DNA of 64,000 nt. Origin: Chrysomallon squamiferum (lineage: Eukaryota > Animalia > Mollusca). Below are positions 1-13,010 of this stretch, piece after piece. The notes below the pieces were generated by a model. The model ran no database searches. It had not been told where the DNA came from and was given only the letters and a program-made list of their open reading frames with translations. Position 1 is the first letter of the stretch; the number at the start of each line of letters is the position of its first letter. The position numbers and the translations under genes were made by a program. The stretch is from assembly GCA_012295275.1 (NCBI GenBank), contig CM022674.1, positions 15,624,001 through 15,688,000 of the forward strand, read 5' to 3'.

Positions 1-516
1 ATGGGGGTAATACTAGAATCTAATGATTAGATGTTTCAGGGTCTGTGTTGTGGTGTTTAGACTTGAAACTGCTCATAATAATTTAGACATAGACCACATT
101 TAAACAATGAAATGTGGACAGTTTCAAACATTATTATTTTGCATTTCTGAAATGAATAAACTAAAGGTGTAAAGTGTGTGTTTTTTCATTGAATTGAGTC
201 AGTACACTTTTCCAGTTACAGTATCTTGTTGTTTATGCTTGTTTTAAAGAAATAAATTGGTGAAATGATAAAAGTGTTTGTAATCAATTTTTGTATGATA
301 TATCTGAAATGGGAAAACATTTCTTAGTTAACATTGTATATATTTTCCAATTAGTATTTGTTGGATATGGAAATTACACAAGACTCGAATATTAAATATC
401 AGGAAATAGTTAAATTGTGGGATAATAAACTATTGTTATCAAAAATTATGAACAGTCCTGTCTCCTACACGATAAGTGTTTGAGAGAAAAAAAAAGAGGG
501 TCCTGAGTTATCAATA

Positions 517-520
<4 letters not shown>

Positions 521-579
<59 letters not shown>
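521..579. repeat. (GT)n microsatellite
   Basis: Direct read; the inverted counterpart is (CA)n at about 20150-20213. Confidence 0.95.
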
Positions 580-580
<1 letters not shown>

Positions 581-799
581 ATGACGAAGAAGATAAATAA
601 TGTAAAGGGTACTATAAGAAGTGACTTAGGGATTTTGATACCATGTATCAAGATATCTGAGATCTATTATATAATTCTACATGATAATTACATTCGGCTG
701 AGATCATAATCCCTGTAATATAATGTTTTGGTATATCCTAATTACCCATGCACCACTGAAATGTAAATCTTAATATATCTACGTAAACGATCTACGTAA

Positions 800-1245
800 T
801 GTCATCACTTATGTATACCACAGACCTACACACCCTGACCCATACACCTGTAATGTAATTTTTGTGTATACCACAGACCCACACACCCCTGTAATGCAAT
901 TTTTTGTATACACTACCCACCCATACACCTGTGTAATGTAATTTTTGTGTATAATACTGACCCATACACCTACTAATTACCCAATACACCACCTGTGTAA
1001 TGTAATTTTTTGTGTATAATACACCTGTGTAATGTATATAATACCTGACCCATACACCTGTGTAATTTTTTGTATAATACTGACCCATACACCTGTGTAA
1101 TGTAATTTTTGTGTATAATACTGACCCATACACCTGTGTACCATGTAATGTAATCCCCATTTGTTGTTTGTGTATATCGTTCTGACCCATCATACACCTG
1201 TGTAATGTAATTTTTTTTGTGTGTCCTACTGACCCATACACTTGC
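800..1245. repeat. Degenerate ~35-40 bp minisatellite (gacccatacacctgtgtaatgtaatttttgtgtata)
   Basis: About 10 imperfect copies; fewer copies in the paralogous flanks at about 19720-19930 and 15480-15580. Confidence 0.8.
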
Positions 1246-1734
1246 AATGCAATCCTTCTTCTATCCTACAGACCCACCTGTAGTTTCTGCTATTGACCTA
1301 TGCTTCCCTGTAATATAAACCCCAGTCTACAGTACAGTGAGGGGTTATCTCATCCTCTTGTGAGTATATAAATTGCAATGTCCACATAAAATGTGAAATA
1401 AAAAAGAATTTGTTATTAATATATTTTTGGTTGAACAAAAGCAAACGAACATTTCCCAAAACAACAACCAAAATAACCATCCCGACAGCAAGATCCTCTT
1501 AACTCTATTATAGATCTGCAGGCAAAGCAGTGAACTGGGGCCACTAGCTACACATTGTCCACTTGTTATCATTAAAATTAGTACTAATATTATTATTATC
1601 TTTAACAAAACATATACTAAATATGCATTTTTACAGTAATAAATATTGATATATATAAAGGCATTTGAAGCACACATCAGTTTGATGTGTTAGCTGTATA
1701 TAGTAGAAGTTGAACTTGGTGAATTATTTACTGT

Positions 1735-2520
1735 AGAAGTAGAACTGTGAAATATTAGTGGAATGTTGGAAGGATTTGCTGCAGAAGCAGAACTGTGAAA
1801 TATTGGTGGAATGTTGGAAGTATTGGCTGTAGAAGCAGAACTGTGAAAGAATGGTAAAGTGTTGGAAGTATTGGCTGTAGAAGCAGAACTGTGAAAGAGT
1901 GGTAAAGTGTTGGAAGCATTTGCTGCAGAAGTAGAACTGTGAAAGAATGGTAAAGTGTTGGAAGCATTTGCTGCAGAAGTAGAACTGTGAAAGAGTGGTA
2001 AAGTGTTGGAAGCATTTGCTGCAGAAGTAGAACTGTGAAAGAGTGGTAATGTGTTGGAAGCATTTTTACTGCAGTAGAACTGTGAAAGAGTGGTAAAATG
2101 TTTGGAAGCATTTGCTGCAGAAGTAGAACTGTGAAAGAGTGGTAAAGTGTTGGAAGCATTTGCTGCAGAAGTAGAACTGTGAAAGAGTGGTAAAGTGTTG
2201 GAAGCATTTGCTGCAGAAGTAGAACTGTGAAAGAGTGGTAAAGTGTTGGAAGCATTTGCTGCAGAAGTAGAACTGTGAAAGAGTGGTAAAATGTTGGAAG
2301 CATTTGCTGCAGAAGTAGAACTGTGAAAGAGTGGTAAAGTGTTGGAAGCATTTGCTGCAGAAGTAGAACTGTGAAAGAGTGGTAAAGTGTTGGAAGCATT
2401 TGCTGCAGAAGTAGAACTGTGAAAGAGTGGTAAAGTGTTGGAAGCATTTGCTGCAGAAGTAGAACTGTGAAAGAGTGGTAAAGTGTTGGAAGCATTTGCT
2501 GCAGAAGCAGAACTGTGAAA
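1735..2520 (-). repeat. 48-bp coding-type tandem repeat (16 aa, FHSSTSAANASNTLPL), about 16 copies
   Basis: The unit agaactgtgaaagagtggtaaagtgttggaagcatttgctgcagaagt repeats head-to-tail with no spacers. It is flanked by a 15-bp FPPPP repeat at 2521-2615. Confidence 0.95.
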
Positions 2521-3539
2521 GGGTGGTGGAGGGAAGGGTGGTGGAGGGAAGGGTGGTGGAGGAAAGGGTGGTGGAGGAAAGGGTGGTGGAAGGAAGGGTG
2601 GTGGAGGGAACGGTGGATGCAGGAATGGAGGAATTGATTCCAATATAAATTGGGTACTTGAGTACTTCTGATGGGAATAGAGGCCTGAAAAGACAGAACT
2701 GAGGAGCTTGATGAAGAAAATTCTGGTGTGCTTTTCATAGAATATCCAAGTAGAAACATTGGGTTAATCTGGGAAGTGTCAAAGATTACAAAAACTGATG
2801 GATTATTTACATCATCGACAGAGGAATCATAAAGAACATCTAGGTATCATAGCTATATATTGTTAAAGAGCAAAGTTCTCGTTCTTAATTAAACGAATTT
2901 CTGGTAGGAGTAATCGCCTGTGAAGCAGGTACTGAGGAGCTTGAAGAAGGCAATTCTGGTCTGGTCTCCACAGAATATTCAAGTAGAAACACTGGGTAAC
3001 TCTGATGTCACCATTAGTTCCATGAAAGAGAAATCTTTCGTTAATATCTCCTTCATCATCGCTGTTCATCAACATTACTTCTCTCATACTGCAAAAAAAA
3101 AAAAAAAAAAAAAAATAAAAATAAAAATAAAAAAAAAAAATAAATAAATAATAATAATAATAATATTTAGCCTCTGAAGGTTCGTAATAATTAAAAATAT
3201 TATTGCTTACTGCTCAGCTAGATTTAATGTTTTGTTTTCGTTACAATTTATTTCATAATAGCTGAACTACAGTATTTTATTACCTTTCTACAATACATAT
3301 TTTATGGATGGTAAATATTTCTTTCATAAAACTACTGATAAATTTTCTGTCATCAATATTTGAATACCAACCTATAATGATTTTTATTTCTTCTTTTTTT
3401 TTTTTTTTTTTTTTTTGAAATTACGAACTGATGAATCTTCTATTGGAAATCTGTTTTGTTGTTTCCAACACTACTGAAGCAAATGAAATATCTACAATTT
3501 GCAACTGTAAATCAATAATTTATTTAATTAGTTCTAGAA

Positions 3540-3925
3540 AATATTAATTAAATATCTATCACTGATTGGTGTTCTTCAGTCAGTGTTAAAATATACTAAC
3601 TATCGATCATTTATTTAATTAGTAAATGCTGATTAAATATCTATCACTCATAATTTATTTAATGAGACCACAGTGATTAAATCTCTATCACTGATTAGTT
3701 ACTTAACGAGAACATACTGTTTAAATATCTATCATTGATTATTTATTTAATGAGTATATGCCGATTAATATCTGTCACTGACTATTTACTTAGTAACTAT
3801 ATACTGAATAAATATCTATCATTGATTATTTATTTAATGAGTATATGCCGATTAATATCTGTCACTGATATTTACTTAGTAACTATATACTGAATAAATA
3901 TCTATCATTGATTATTTATTTAATG
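3540..3925. repeat. Intronic degenerate minisatellite (aaatatctatcactgattatttatttaatgag-like), including a ~89-bp near-exact tandem duplication
   Basis: The motif recurs at about 3551, 3636, 3722, 3811 and 3897; a reverse-complement counterpart lies in copy B intron at about 13255-13600. Confidence 0.7.
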
Positions 3926-4641
3926 GGAACATGTATGTTGAATACTTGTATCTAATGCTGAACAAATGGTCTAAAATTAATTATTTATTATTCCAAACTG
4001 TAGCAATCTTTATTTTGTTAATGTAAAAGTATTACAATAAGATGATATCATTTTCCATAACAGGTGTGACATCGTGGCATGCATGAATAATTGATAGCTG
4101 CATTTTATTTTATTTGTTTCTGCCAATGCTTGTACACAAAAAATTGGAATAAACATTTATGCAAAAATGCAACTTTAGTCTTTTTCATGCTGTATTTTAT
4201 TATTAATTAACACTAGATGACAAAAGATTACTACTACTAATAATAATAGTAATAAGATCAACAATACCGATAACAATAACAATAACAATAAATAAATAAA
4301 TAAATAAATAAATATTTTGAAGTATGCAGAATATAGTTAGGCTGTTTTTTCTTTTTTGTATTACCTAAATGTACGCAGTATCATAAAATAAGCATTCCTA
4401 CCTGCAGTATTTTTTCAATATTACTTCCGATTTGTTCATGGTAGAAAAAAATAACTTCATCACGGTTTTCATCTCCTCATCTTTGATGAAGCCATCAAAT
4501 TCTAATTTGACCATTTCTACTGGTTAGTAACAGTCTAGAGGCCACCAGTTGTCTGGTAGAGTTGCAGAACATACAGGCTTCTTGGATGAAAGATATGTAT
4601 GATATCTGCATTTTGTTATACCCCAAAAATAAGTAAATAAA

Positions 4642-4817
<176 letters not shown>

Positions 4818-6139
4818 TGATACGGAAAGCAAAAATAAAGTTTTGTAGAAATAATGAACTAGGATAATGAGATATGGCATAACGATATAAAATATTTTAG
4901 AAAGAATCTAAAATCAGGATTTAATCCAAAATTATTGTTCTTATACATTATTTTTCTACTTACAATATTTTTTGTCTCTGCACATCATCAATGGAAACAA
5001 AAGCAGGTCTCCTCAGCAGTCGTCTTTGTTTTAATGTTTTCAGATTTGTTTGGGTCATCTGGCTAAAATTGATTTCATACAGAAACTGGTTTGTTTCAAA
5101 ACTATAAAACGGTTGCCCAGCCAAATACTTCAGTTCAAGAGTATACTGCAGACTTTCCTATAATCAACACCAAATGCAATTTTTAAAAATAATATTATAG
5201 TATGTGTTATGCGATATATCACATGGGTCTGATATGATGACCTGATGTGATGCGATATGCTATGATATGAATGCATGTATGTTTGCAATAGATACAACAG
5301 ATCCTTTTTATTTGATCACTAATAATATATAAGAAACACAATGTTCTAGGCATTAACATGAACATTTTTATTTCTTTTTTTAAAACTATGTTTTATAAAG
5401 TTTGATTTCGCCCACATAATTTTTTTTTTTTAAATATTACATATCTTTCATACATAAAATGTTAAGGACTCTTGTTTTTCTTTTTGATTCTTTGTTTGGC
5501 GGAGTTTTAAATAGAAAATAATAAAAAAATAAAAATAAAAACTAGTTTAACAATAAAATAAAGTGAACATTCACTGGTTCATAAGGCCACCGATTTCCAA
5601 AGTCTGCTTCAAAATACCAACACCACTGTGTCAGCTGTGTGAAGTTGTCTTCTTGTCCAGTGACATACGATGGTGTCGAAAGACGCTGAACTCTGACCTC
5701 GAGGTTTCTCGGTTGCAGGGAAAGAGAAGCGGTCATTGAGACAAAATCAACAACAATTGGAACGAACTTACTGGCCACTGAAAACTGAAAAAAGCATACA
5801 TATAATCGTGCTGTTACTGTTTGTACCTGTTATGTGACAGTTATTAAATCTTAAACGTTAATACAAATATTTAAAAAATTCCAATTATCACCTCTGGATG
5901 TTTTCTTACTTATCTCTATATTTCCTGTGTCTGACTTCAGATTACAAAAACACTGCTCGATCATCTCATTCTCCACTATGTCAAAGTTGACCCATTTGTC
6001 AGAAATCTTCATCTGCCACTGGTAAGGTAGATATCTTTGTGTGTTGGTATTTGAATGTATTACCCACTGAGTCCATACACATTTCTCACAAAGCAGACCT
6101 TCTATTTCATTGTTGTAATTCATTATTTCAAGGCTGTCA

Positions 6140-7535
6140 TTCACATCAAATTGTCTCTGGTGTGAAACTTGTACCAGATCTGCTTTCACTTTGACAGCAA
6201 GTTGCTTCTGCTGTGATGGTTGAGGTGGGTCTGCTTTTACTTGTACATCAAGTTGTTTGTGCTGTGAAGCTTGTACTGGATCTGTTTTCACTTTGATATC
6301 ATGTTGTTTCTGCTTTGAAATTTGAGGTGTATCTGAAATTTGAGGTGTAACTGAAATTTGAGGTCTATCTGGATCTACTTTCGCTTTCAGCTCAAGTTGT
6401 TTTCGTTTTATAGCTTGAGTTGGATCTGCTTTCACTTTTACATCAAGTTGTTTCCGCTGTGAAACTTGTACTGCAACTGCTATTAGTTCACATTAAATAG
6501 TTTCTGCTGTGAAACTTGTAGTGGATCTGCTTTGACTTTTATATTAACCTGTTTCTCCAGTGAATCTTGTACTGGATCTACTTCCACATTAACATCAAGT
6601 TGTTTCTGGTGTGAATCTTGTACTGGATATTCTTTCACTTTCATATTTAATTGTTTCTGCTGTGAAATTTGAGGTCTATCTGCTTTTAGTTTCATATCAA
6701 GTTTTTTCTGCTGTGAATCTTGTACTGGATCTGGTTTTACTTTTACATCTTGTTGTTTATGCTGTGAAACCAGTTCTGGATCTGGTTTCACTTTCACATC
6801 AACTTGTTTCTGCAGTGAAACCTGTACTGGATCTGCCCCCCTCTTTCACATTAAGTTGTTTCTGTTGTGAATCTTGTACTGGATCTGGTTTCACTTAACC
6901 ATCAACTTCTTTCTGCTGCGAAACCTGTGCTGGATCTGGTTTCACTTTGACATTAAGTTGTTTCTGTTGTGAATCTTGTACTGGCTCTGGTTTCACTTTC
7001 ACATCAACTTGTTTCTGCTGCGAAACCTATGCTGGATCTGGTTTCACTTTCACATCAACTTCTTTCTGCTGCGAAACCTGTGCTGGATCTGGTTTCACTT
7101 TCACATTAATTGTTTCTGTTGTGAATCTTGTACTGGATCTGGTTTCACTTTCACATCAACTTGTTCCTGCTGCGAAACCTGTGCTGGATCTGGTTTCACT
7201 TTCACATCAACTTGTTTCTGCTGTGAAACTTGTGCTGGATCTGTTTCCACTTTCTCATCAAGGTGTTTCTGCATTGAAACTTTTACTCGATCTGATTTCC
7301 TTTTGACGTCAAGTTGTTTCTGGTGTGAATCTTGTACTGGATATTCTTTCACCTTCATATTAAATTGTTTCTGCTGTGAAATTTGAGGTGTATCTGCTTT
7401 TAGTTTCATATCAAGTTGTTCCTGCTTTGAAACTTGTACTGGATCTGCTTTCAGTTTTAAATCAAATTGTTTCTGTTGTGAAATTCGAGGTGGATCAGCG
7501 TTCACCTTCATATCAAGTTGTTTCTGCTGTGAAAG
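6140..7535 (-). repeat. 51-bp coding-type tandem repeat (17 aa, KVKPDPAQVSQQKQVDV-like), about 27 copies
   Basis: The 51-nt period is visible at 6911/6962/7013/7064. ORFs 7101-7511, 6483-6797 and 5851-6435 carry the repeat peptide. Confidence 0.9.
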
Positions 7536-8243
7536 TGACAGGCTTGTTTTTACAGTTGATACGGGTATGGTCCTCTCTATAACCCTGATTCCTTTCTTTG
7601 GTGTTGTGCTCTCATCCGAAGGTTTGCAATCCTATGAACCTCTTTGTTCTTTCTGTTGATAATTCTCATTACATTTGCAAAGAAGCATCTGTTCAAGTAT
7701 ACTAACTCTATAGTGATTCATATAAAATATCCTCAGGACCCACTGGTTGTGTTGATATGATTTGATGTAATGTTGTAAGCAACACCTCTTATTGCAGTCC
7801 TGTTTTCTACAGACATGAATGAGTGGACAATATTCATCATGTTTGATGCCTCTTTTATATTCTTCACACCATTCAGGGGTGTTGCATCTCACAACCTTTG
7901 CAATGTCCTTATTTTTCAAAAATCCCAAACCTATCTCCTCAATGCGATCCTTATTTGTCTCAAAAAAATTATGTGAAAGACACCGACCAGTGGAGCGTTT
8001 ACACTGACCTAGTACAAAGTTTGTACATATGTGAAGAAACCTGCAGTCTTTTTTTCTACACTGGGAAGTATTGTAAGGATGACAAATTCTGGCATATCTT
8101 GAAAACACAGAACAAAATTTAATGTTGCTATCCTTTGTGAAAAGCAAAAACTGTTTTTTATGTTTATAAAACCATAAAAACATGTTTAGCTTTTACAGGA
8201 AGACTGTTTTCTTTCATCAGTTTCCAAAACTCTGTACGTCCAT

Positions 8244-8443
8244 NNNNNNNNNNNNNNNNNNNNNNNNNNNNNNNNNNNNNNNNNNNNNNNNNNNNNNNNN
8301 NNNNNNNNNNNNNNNNNNNNNNNNNNNNNNNNNNNNNNNNNNNNNNNNNNNNNNNNNNNNNNNNNNNNNNNNNNNNNNNNNNNNNNNNNNNNNNNNNNNN
8401 NNNNNNNNNNNNNNNNNNNNNNNNNNNNNNNNNNNNNNNNNNN
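8244..8443. other. Assembly gap, exactly 200 N
   Basis: A round-number N run typical of a scaffolding or curation join; true size and relative orientation are unknown. Confidence 0.97.
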
Positions 8444-11023
8444 AAGGGTGGGTTTTAGGTAAGAGGAGGAGAGGAGAAAGGAGTGGTTTTAGTAGAGATA
8501 GAGGAGAAAGGGGTGGTTTTAGTAGAGGTAGAGGAGAAACGCATGGTTTTAGTAGAGATAGAGGAGAAAGGGGTGGTTTTAGTAGAGATAGAGGAGAAAG
8601 GGATGGTTTTAGTAGAGATAGAGGAGAAAGGGGTGGTTTTAGTAGAGATAGAGGAGAAAGGGGTGGTTTTGGTAGAGGCAGAGGAGAAAGAGGGGAAAGT
8701 TTTAGTTTTGGAGATAGAGGAGAAAGGGGGTGGTTTTAGTAGAGATAGAGGAGAAAGGAGGTGGTTTTAGCAGAGGAGAAAGGGGGGTTATTAGTAGAGA
8801 CAGAGGAGAAAGGGATGGTTTTAGTAGAGACAGAGGAGAAAGGGGTGGTTTTGGTAGAGGCAGAGGAGAAAGGGGTGGTTTTAGTAGAGACAGAGGAGAA
8901 AGGGATGGTTTTAGTAGAGACAGAGGAGAAAGGGGTGGTTTTGGTAGAGGCAGAGGAGAAAGGGGTGGTTTTAGTAGAGACAGAGGAGAAAGGGATGGTT
9001 TTGGTAGAAGCAGAGGAGAAAGGGGTGGTTTTGGTAGAGGCAGAGGAGAAAGGGGTGGTTTTGGTAGAGGGAGAGGAGAAAGGGATGGTTTTGGTAGAGG
9101 GAGAGGAGAAATGGTTGGTTTTGGTAGAGGTGGTTTTGGTAGCAAAAAATGGTTGGTTTTGGTAGAGGTACAGCAAAAAGGGGTGATTCTAATAAAGATA
9201 CACAAGAAACAGGCTGGGACAGAAGCAGAAAAGATGAAATGCTTAGCAGAGATAATTTTACAGCCAGTTTTCAAACTGACCAAGGGTTAAACGAAAGAAC
9301 ACTTTCACAGACTAGTCTCTGGTCTTCAACTTCTGCAGAGTATGGCAGTGATGATTACGAAAGATCAAGTCTCTCGTATGCCTCAAGTACTGGTTATTTG
9401 GCTAACACTGAATATGATAATAGTGACTGTGATGATTATGAAACATCAGCAGCTTATGGAGAGACCTTGCAATTCAGAAGCTATCTCAGAGCCAAACAAC
9501 CAGAAAAAGAAGGTTTAACAGGACGAACAACGTCACAATCAAGTATCTGTTCTTCCTTAAGTACTGGTGATCTGGATAACACTGAATATGATGATAGTGA
9601 GGACCAGAAGGAAAATGAAATTATTTCCAAAGTGTTCAACATTCTTCTTGAAAAGTTTAATGGACGTGCACAGTTTAGGAAACTGATGAAAGAAACCAGT
9701 CTTCCTGTAGAAGCTAAACATGTTTCATGGTTTTGTAAACACAAAAAAAACTTTTTGCTTTTCATAAACGATAGCAAAATTAAATTTGTTTCTGTGTTTT
9801 CAAGATATGCCAGAATTTGTCATTATTACAATACTTCTCAGTGTAGAAAAAAAGATTGCAGGTTTCTTCACATATGTACACAGTTTGTACTAGGTCAGTG
9901 TAAACGCTCCACTGGTCACTGTCTTTCGCATAATTTTTCAGACACAAATAAGAATCGCATTGAACAGATAGGTTTGGGACTTTTGAAAAATAAGGACATT
10001 GCCAACGTTGTGAGATGCAGCACCCCTGAATGGTGTGAAGAATATCAGAATGGTATCAAACATGATGAATATTGTCCACTCATTCATGTCTGTAGAAAAG
10101 AGGACTGCAATAAGAGGTGTGGCTTGGAACATAACATCCAGTCATCTGAACACAACCAGTGGGTCCTTTCAGTGTTTCATATGAATCACTATAGAGTTCC
10201 TATACTTGAACAAATGCTTCTTTGCAAACTTAATCAGAATGATCAACAGAATGAACAAAGAGGTTCAAAGGACTATAAATCTTGTGATGAAAGCACAACA
10301 CCAAAGAACAGCATCAGGGGTGCAGACAGGAACACACCCGTGTATTCCGTGAACACAAGCTTGTCACTTTCACAGCACAAACAACTTCATGTGAACGTGA
10401 GAGAATATCCGGCTCAGATTTCAGAGCAGAAACAACTTAATATGCAAGTGAATTACAATGAAATAGGTATGCTCTGTGAGAAATGTGTCTGGAGTCACTG
10501 TGTAATACATTCAAATAAACACAAACAAAGATGCCTACCTTACCAGTGGCAGATGGAGATGTGTGACAAATGGGTCAACTTTGACATAGTGGAGAATGAG
10601 ATGATCGAGCAGTGTTTTTGTAGTCTGAAGTCAGACACAGGAAATATAGAGGTGAGTTAAAAAAACAACCAGACATGATAATTAAAATTTTATTTATATG
10701 TAATAAATTATAAATTTTAATAACAGTAACATATATGAATGTGGCTTTACTATTGTTTTGTTTCATAGTACATCCTTTAGAAGTTATTGCCGACTGGATC
10801 AGTCATATTTTTCTCTTTATGGAAACGTATGTATCAAAAATCGTTTGAAAGATAATAGTTCATAAAGCCATCTGAGAACATTTTCTCTCCGTTTATGCAT
10901 ACTCCTCGACTATTTTCGTTACTTACTACTGCACAACAATACGTAAGAATGTCATAAGAATTAATCCTATTGCAATTCTTCTTTTAGATTCTGTACCACT
11001 AATGATACTTTTACTATACATAC

Positions 11024-11077
<54 letters not shown>

Positions 11078-11793
11078 GTGGATGGATGGATGGAAGTATG
11101 GATGGATGTCTGTGCAAGGTTATGTGTCTAAGTATATATATGTATACTTTTTTCAGTTTTCAAAGGATTCCTCTAATACAGTGGCCAGTAAGTTCATTCC
11201 AATTGTAATTGATTTTGACGTAATGACTGCTTCTGTTTCTGTGCAAATGAGAAAAGTTGCAGTCAGAGTTCAGCGTCTTTCGACACCATCGTATGTCACT
11301 GGACAAGAAGACAGCTTCACACAGCTGACACAGTGGTGTTGGTATTTTGATTCAGGTTTTGAAAATTGGCTGCCTTATGAACCAGTGAATATTCATTTTA
11401 TTTTATTGTTCAGATACTTTTATCTTTGTTCTTATTTTTTTTTTAAAAAGAGAAATGAAAAGAAAAAACACAAAAAGCAAACACGAGACACCGTAACATT
11501 ATATGTAACAAAGATGTATAATATTTAAATAAATGTTGTATAAGGAGAAAATAAAATGTTCTAAAAATATAGTTTAAAAAATAGTAAATATTTAGAAAAA
11601 GATAGATAGAATGAAGTGGTTACATTTTCATGTTTCTGATACATTATCAGTTGTCAATTAAAAATAATCTATTATATCTGTATACCTGTATATATGTATG
11701 TATATATATATGCATGTGTATATATATATAGGGGTTTATTTGTGTGTGTCTAATGTAAAGACCAATGATATGCTATGATACATATATACACAT

Positions 11794-11824
<31 letters not shown>

Positions 11825-12887
11825 TATATATATATGTATGTATGTATGTGTGTGTGTATGTGTACCATACCATACCATCTGACTTTATATTATATACAAC
11901 ATATATCATACCAGTTGTGTATCAGAATACATATACTATAATACTATATGCAAAACAGTATTTTGTGTTTATGATAGGAAAGTCTGTTGTATCTATTGCA
12001 TGCATACATATCATAGCATATCACATCACATCATGTCACCTGACATTACATAACACGTAACATACTATAATATTATTTTAAAAAATAACATTTGTTGTTT
12101 ATTATAGGAAAGTCTGCAGTATACTCTTGAACTGAAGTATTTGGCTGGGCAGCCATTTTATAACTTCGAAACAGACCAATTTCAGTACGAAATAAATTTT
12201 AGCGAGATGACCCAAACAAACCAGAAAACATTAAAACAAAGACGAATGCTGAGGAGACCTGCTTTTGTTTCCATTGATGATGTACAGAGACAAAAAGAAG
12301 TGTAAGTAGCAAAATATTGTACAACAAAAAAAATAAATTTGGATTAAAATATTTTGTTCCTCATATTCTCTTATTTTAGATTTTAGATTTTAATTTTGTC
12401 TATCTTTAACCTATATCTCATTATCCTATTTTATTTTCTAATAAACGTTATTTTGATGTGTTTCTCATTTTTAATCTCTGCCTATCAGTGTATGTTCGAG
12501 TCTCTCTCTCTCGTCCAAGAAACTTGCATGTTCAGCAACTCTCCCAGACAACTGGTTCCCTCTAGACTGTTACCAACCAGTAGAACTGGTGAAACTAAAA
12601 CTTGATGACTTGACCGAAGACGAGGAGGTGAAAACTGTGATGAAATTATTTTTCTCTACCATGAACAAATCGGAAGTCAAACTGAAATCTTTGTTTCGCA
12701 TTCAGAATCCACCATTGTGGGAAAAATATTGTAGGTGAGAGTCCACATTTTTTGACACTGTTTACATTTAGGTGATGCAAATAAATAGTCTAAATATATT
12801 CTGCATATTTCAAGATGTTTATTTATTTATTTATTTGTTTATTTATTTACTTACTTACTTACTTACTTACTTTTTCTTCTTCTTCTT

Positions 12888-12955
<68 letters not shown>

Positions 12956-12963
12956 CATCATCA

Positions 12964-13010
<47 letters not shown>

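Larger units (their letters stand above)
1..2839. repeat. Inverted segmental duplicate of 17847-20732 (PARP last-exon 3' part plus 3' flank)
   Basis: The reverse complement of 1-80 matches about 20653-20732. The 60-aa spurious ORF MVILVVVLGN... is identical at 1298-1480(-) and 19489-19671(+). Homology ends at atgttctttatgattc (2839 vs 17847). Confidence 0.95.

Noticed and set aside
8702-9283. Pro-rich - strand ORF (PLPKPPLSP repeats) and VLVEAEEKG frames
   Set aside because: They are antisense or alternative frames of the 30-bp RGG repeat; only the RGG frame matches the downstream PARP ORF start.
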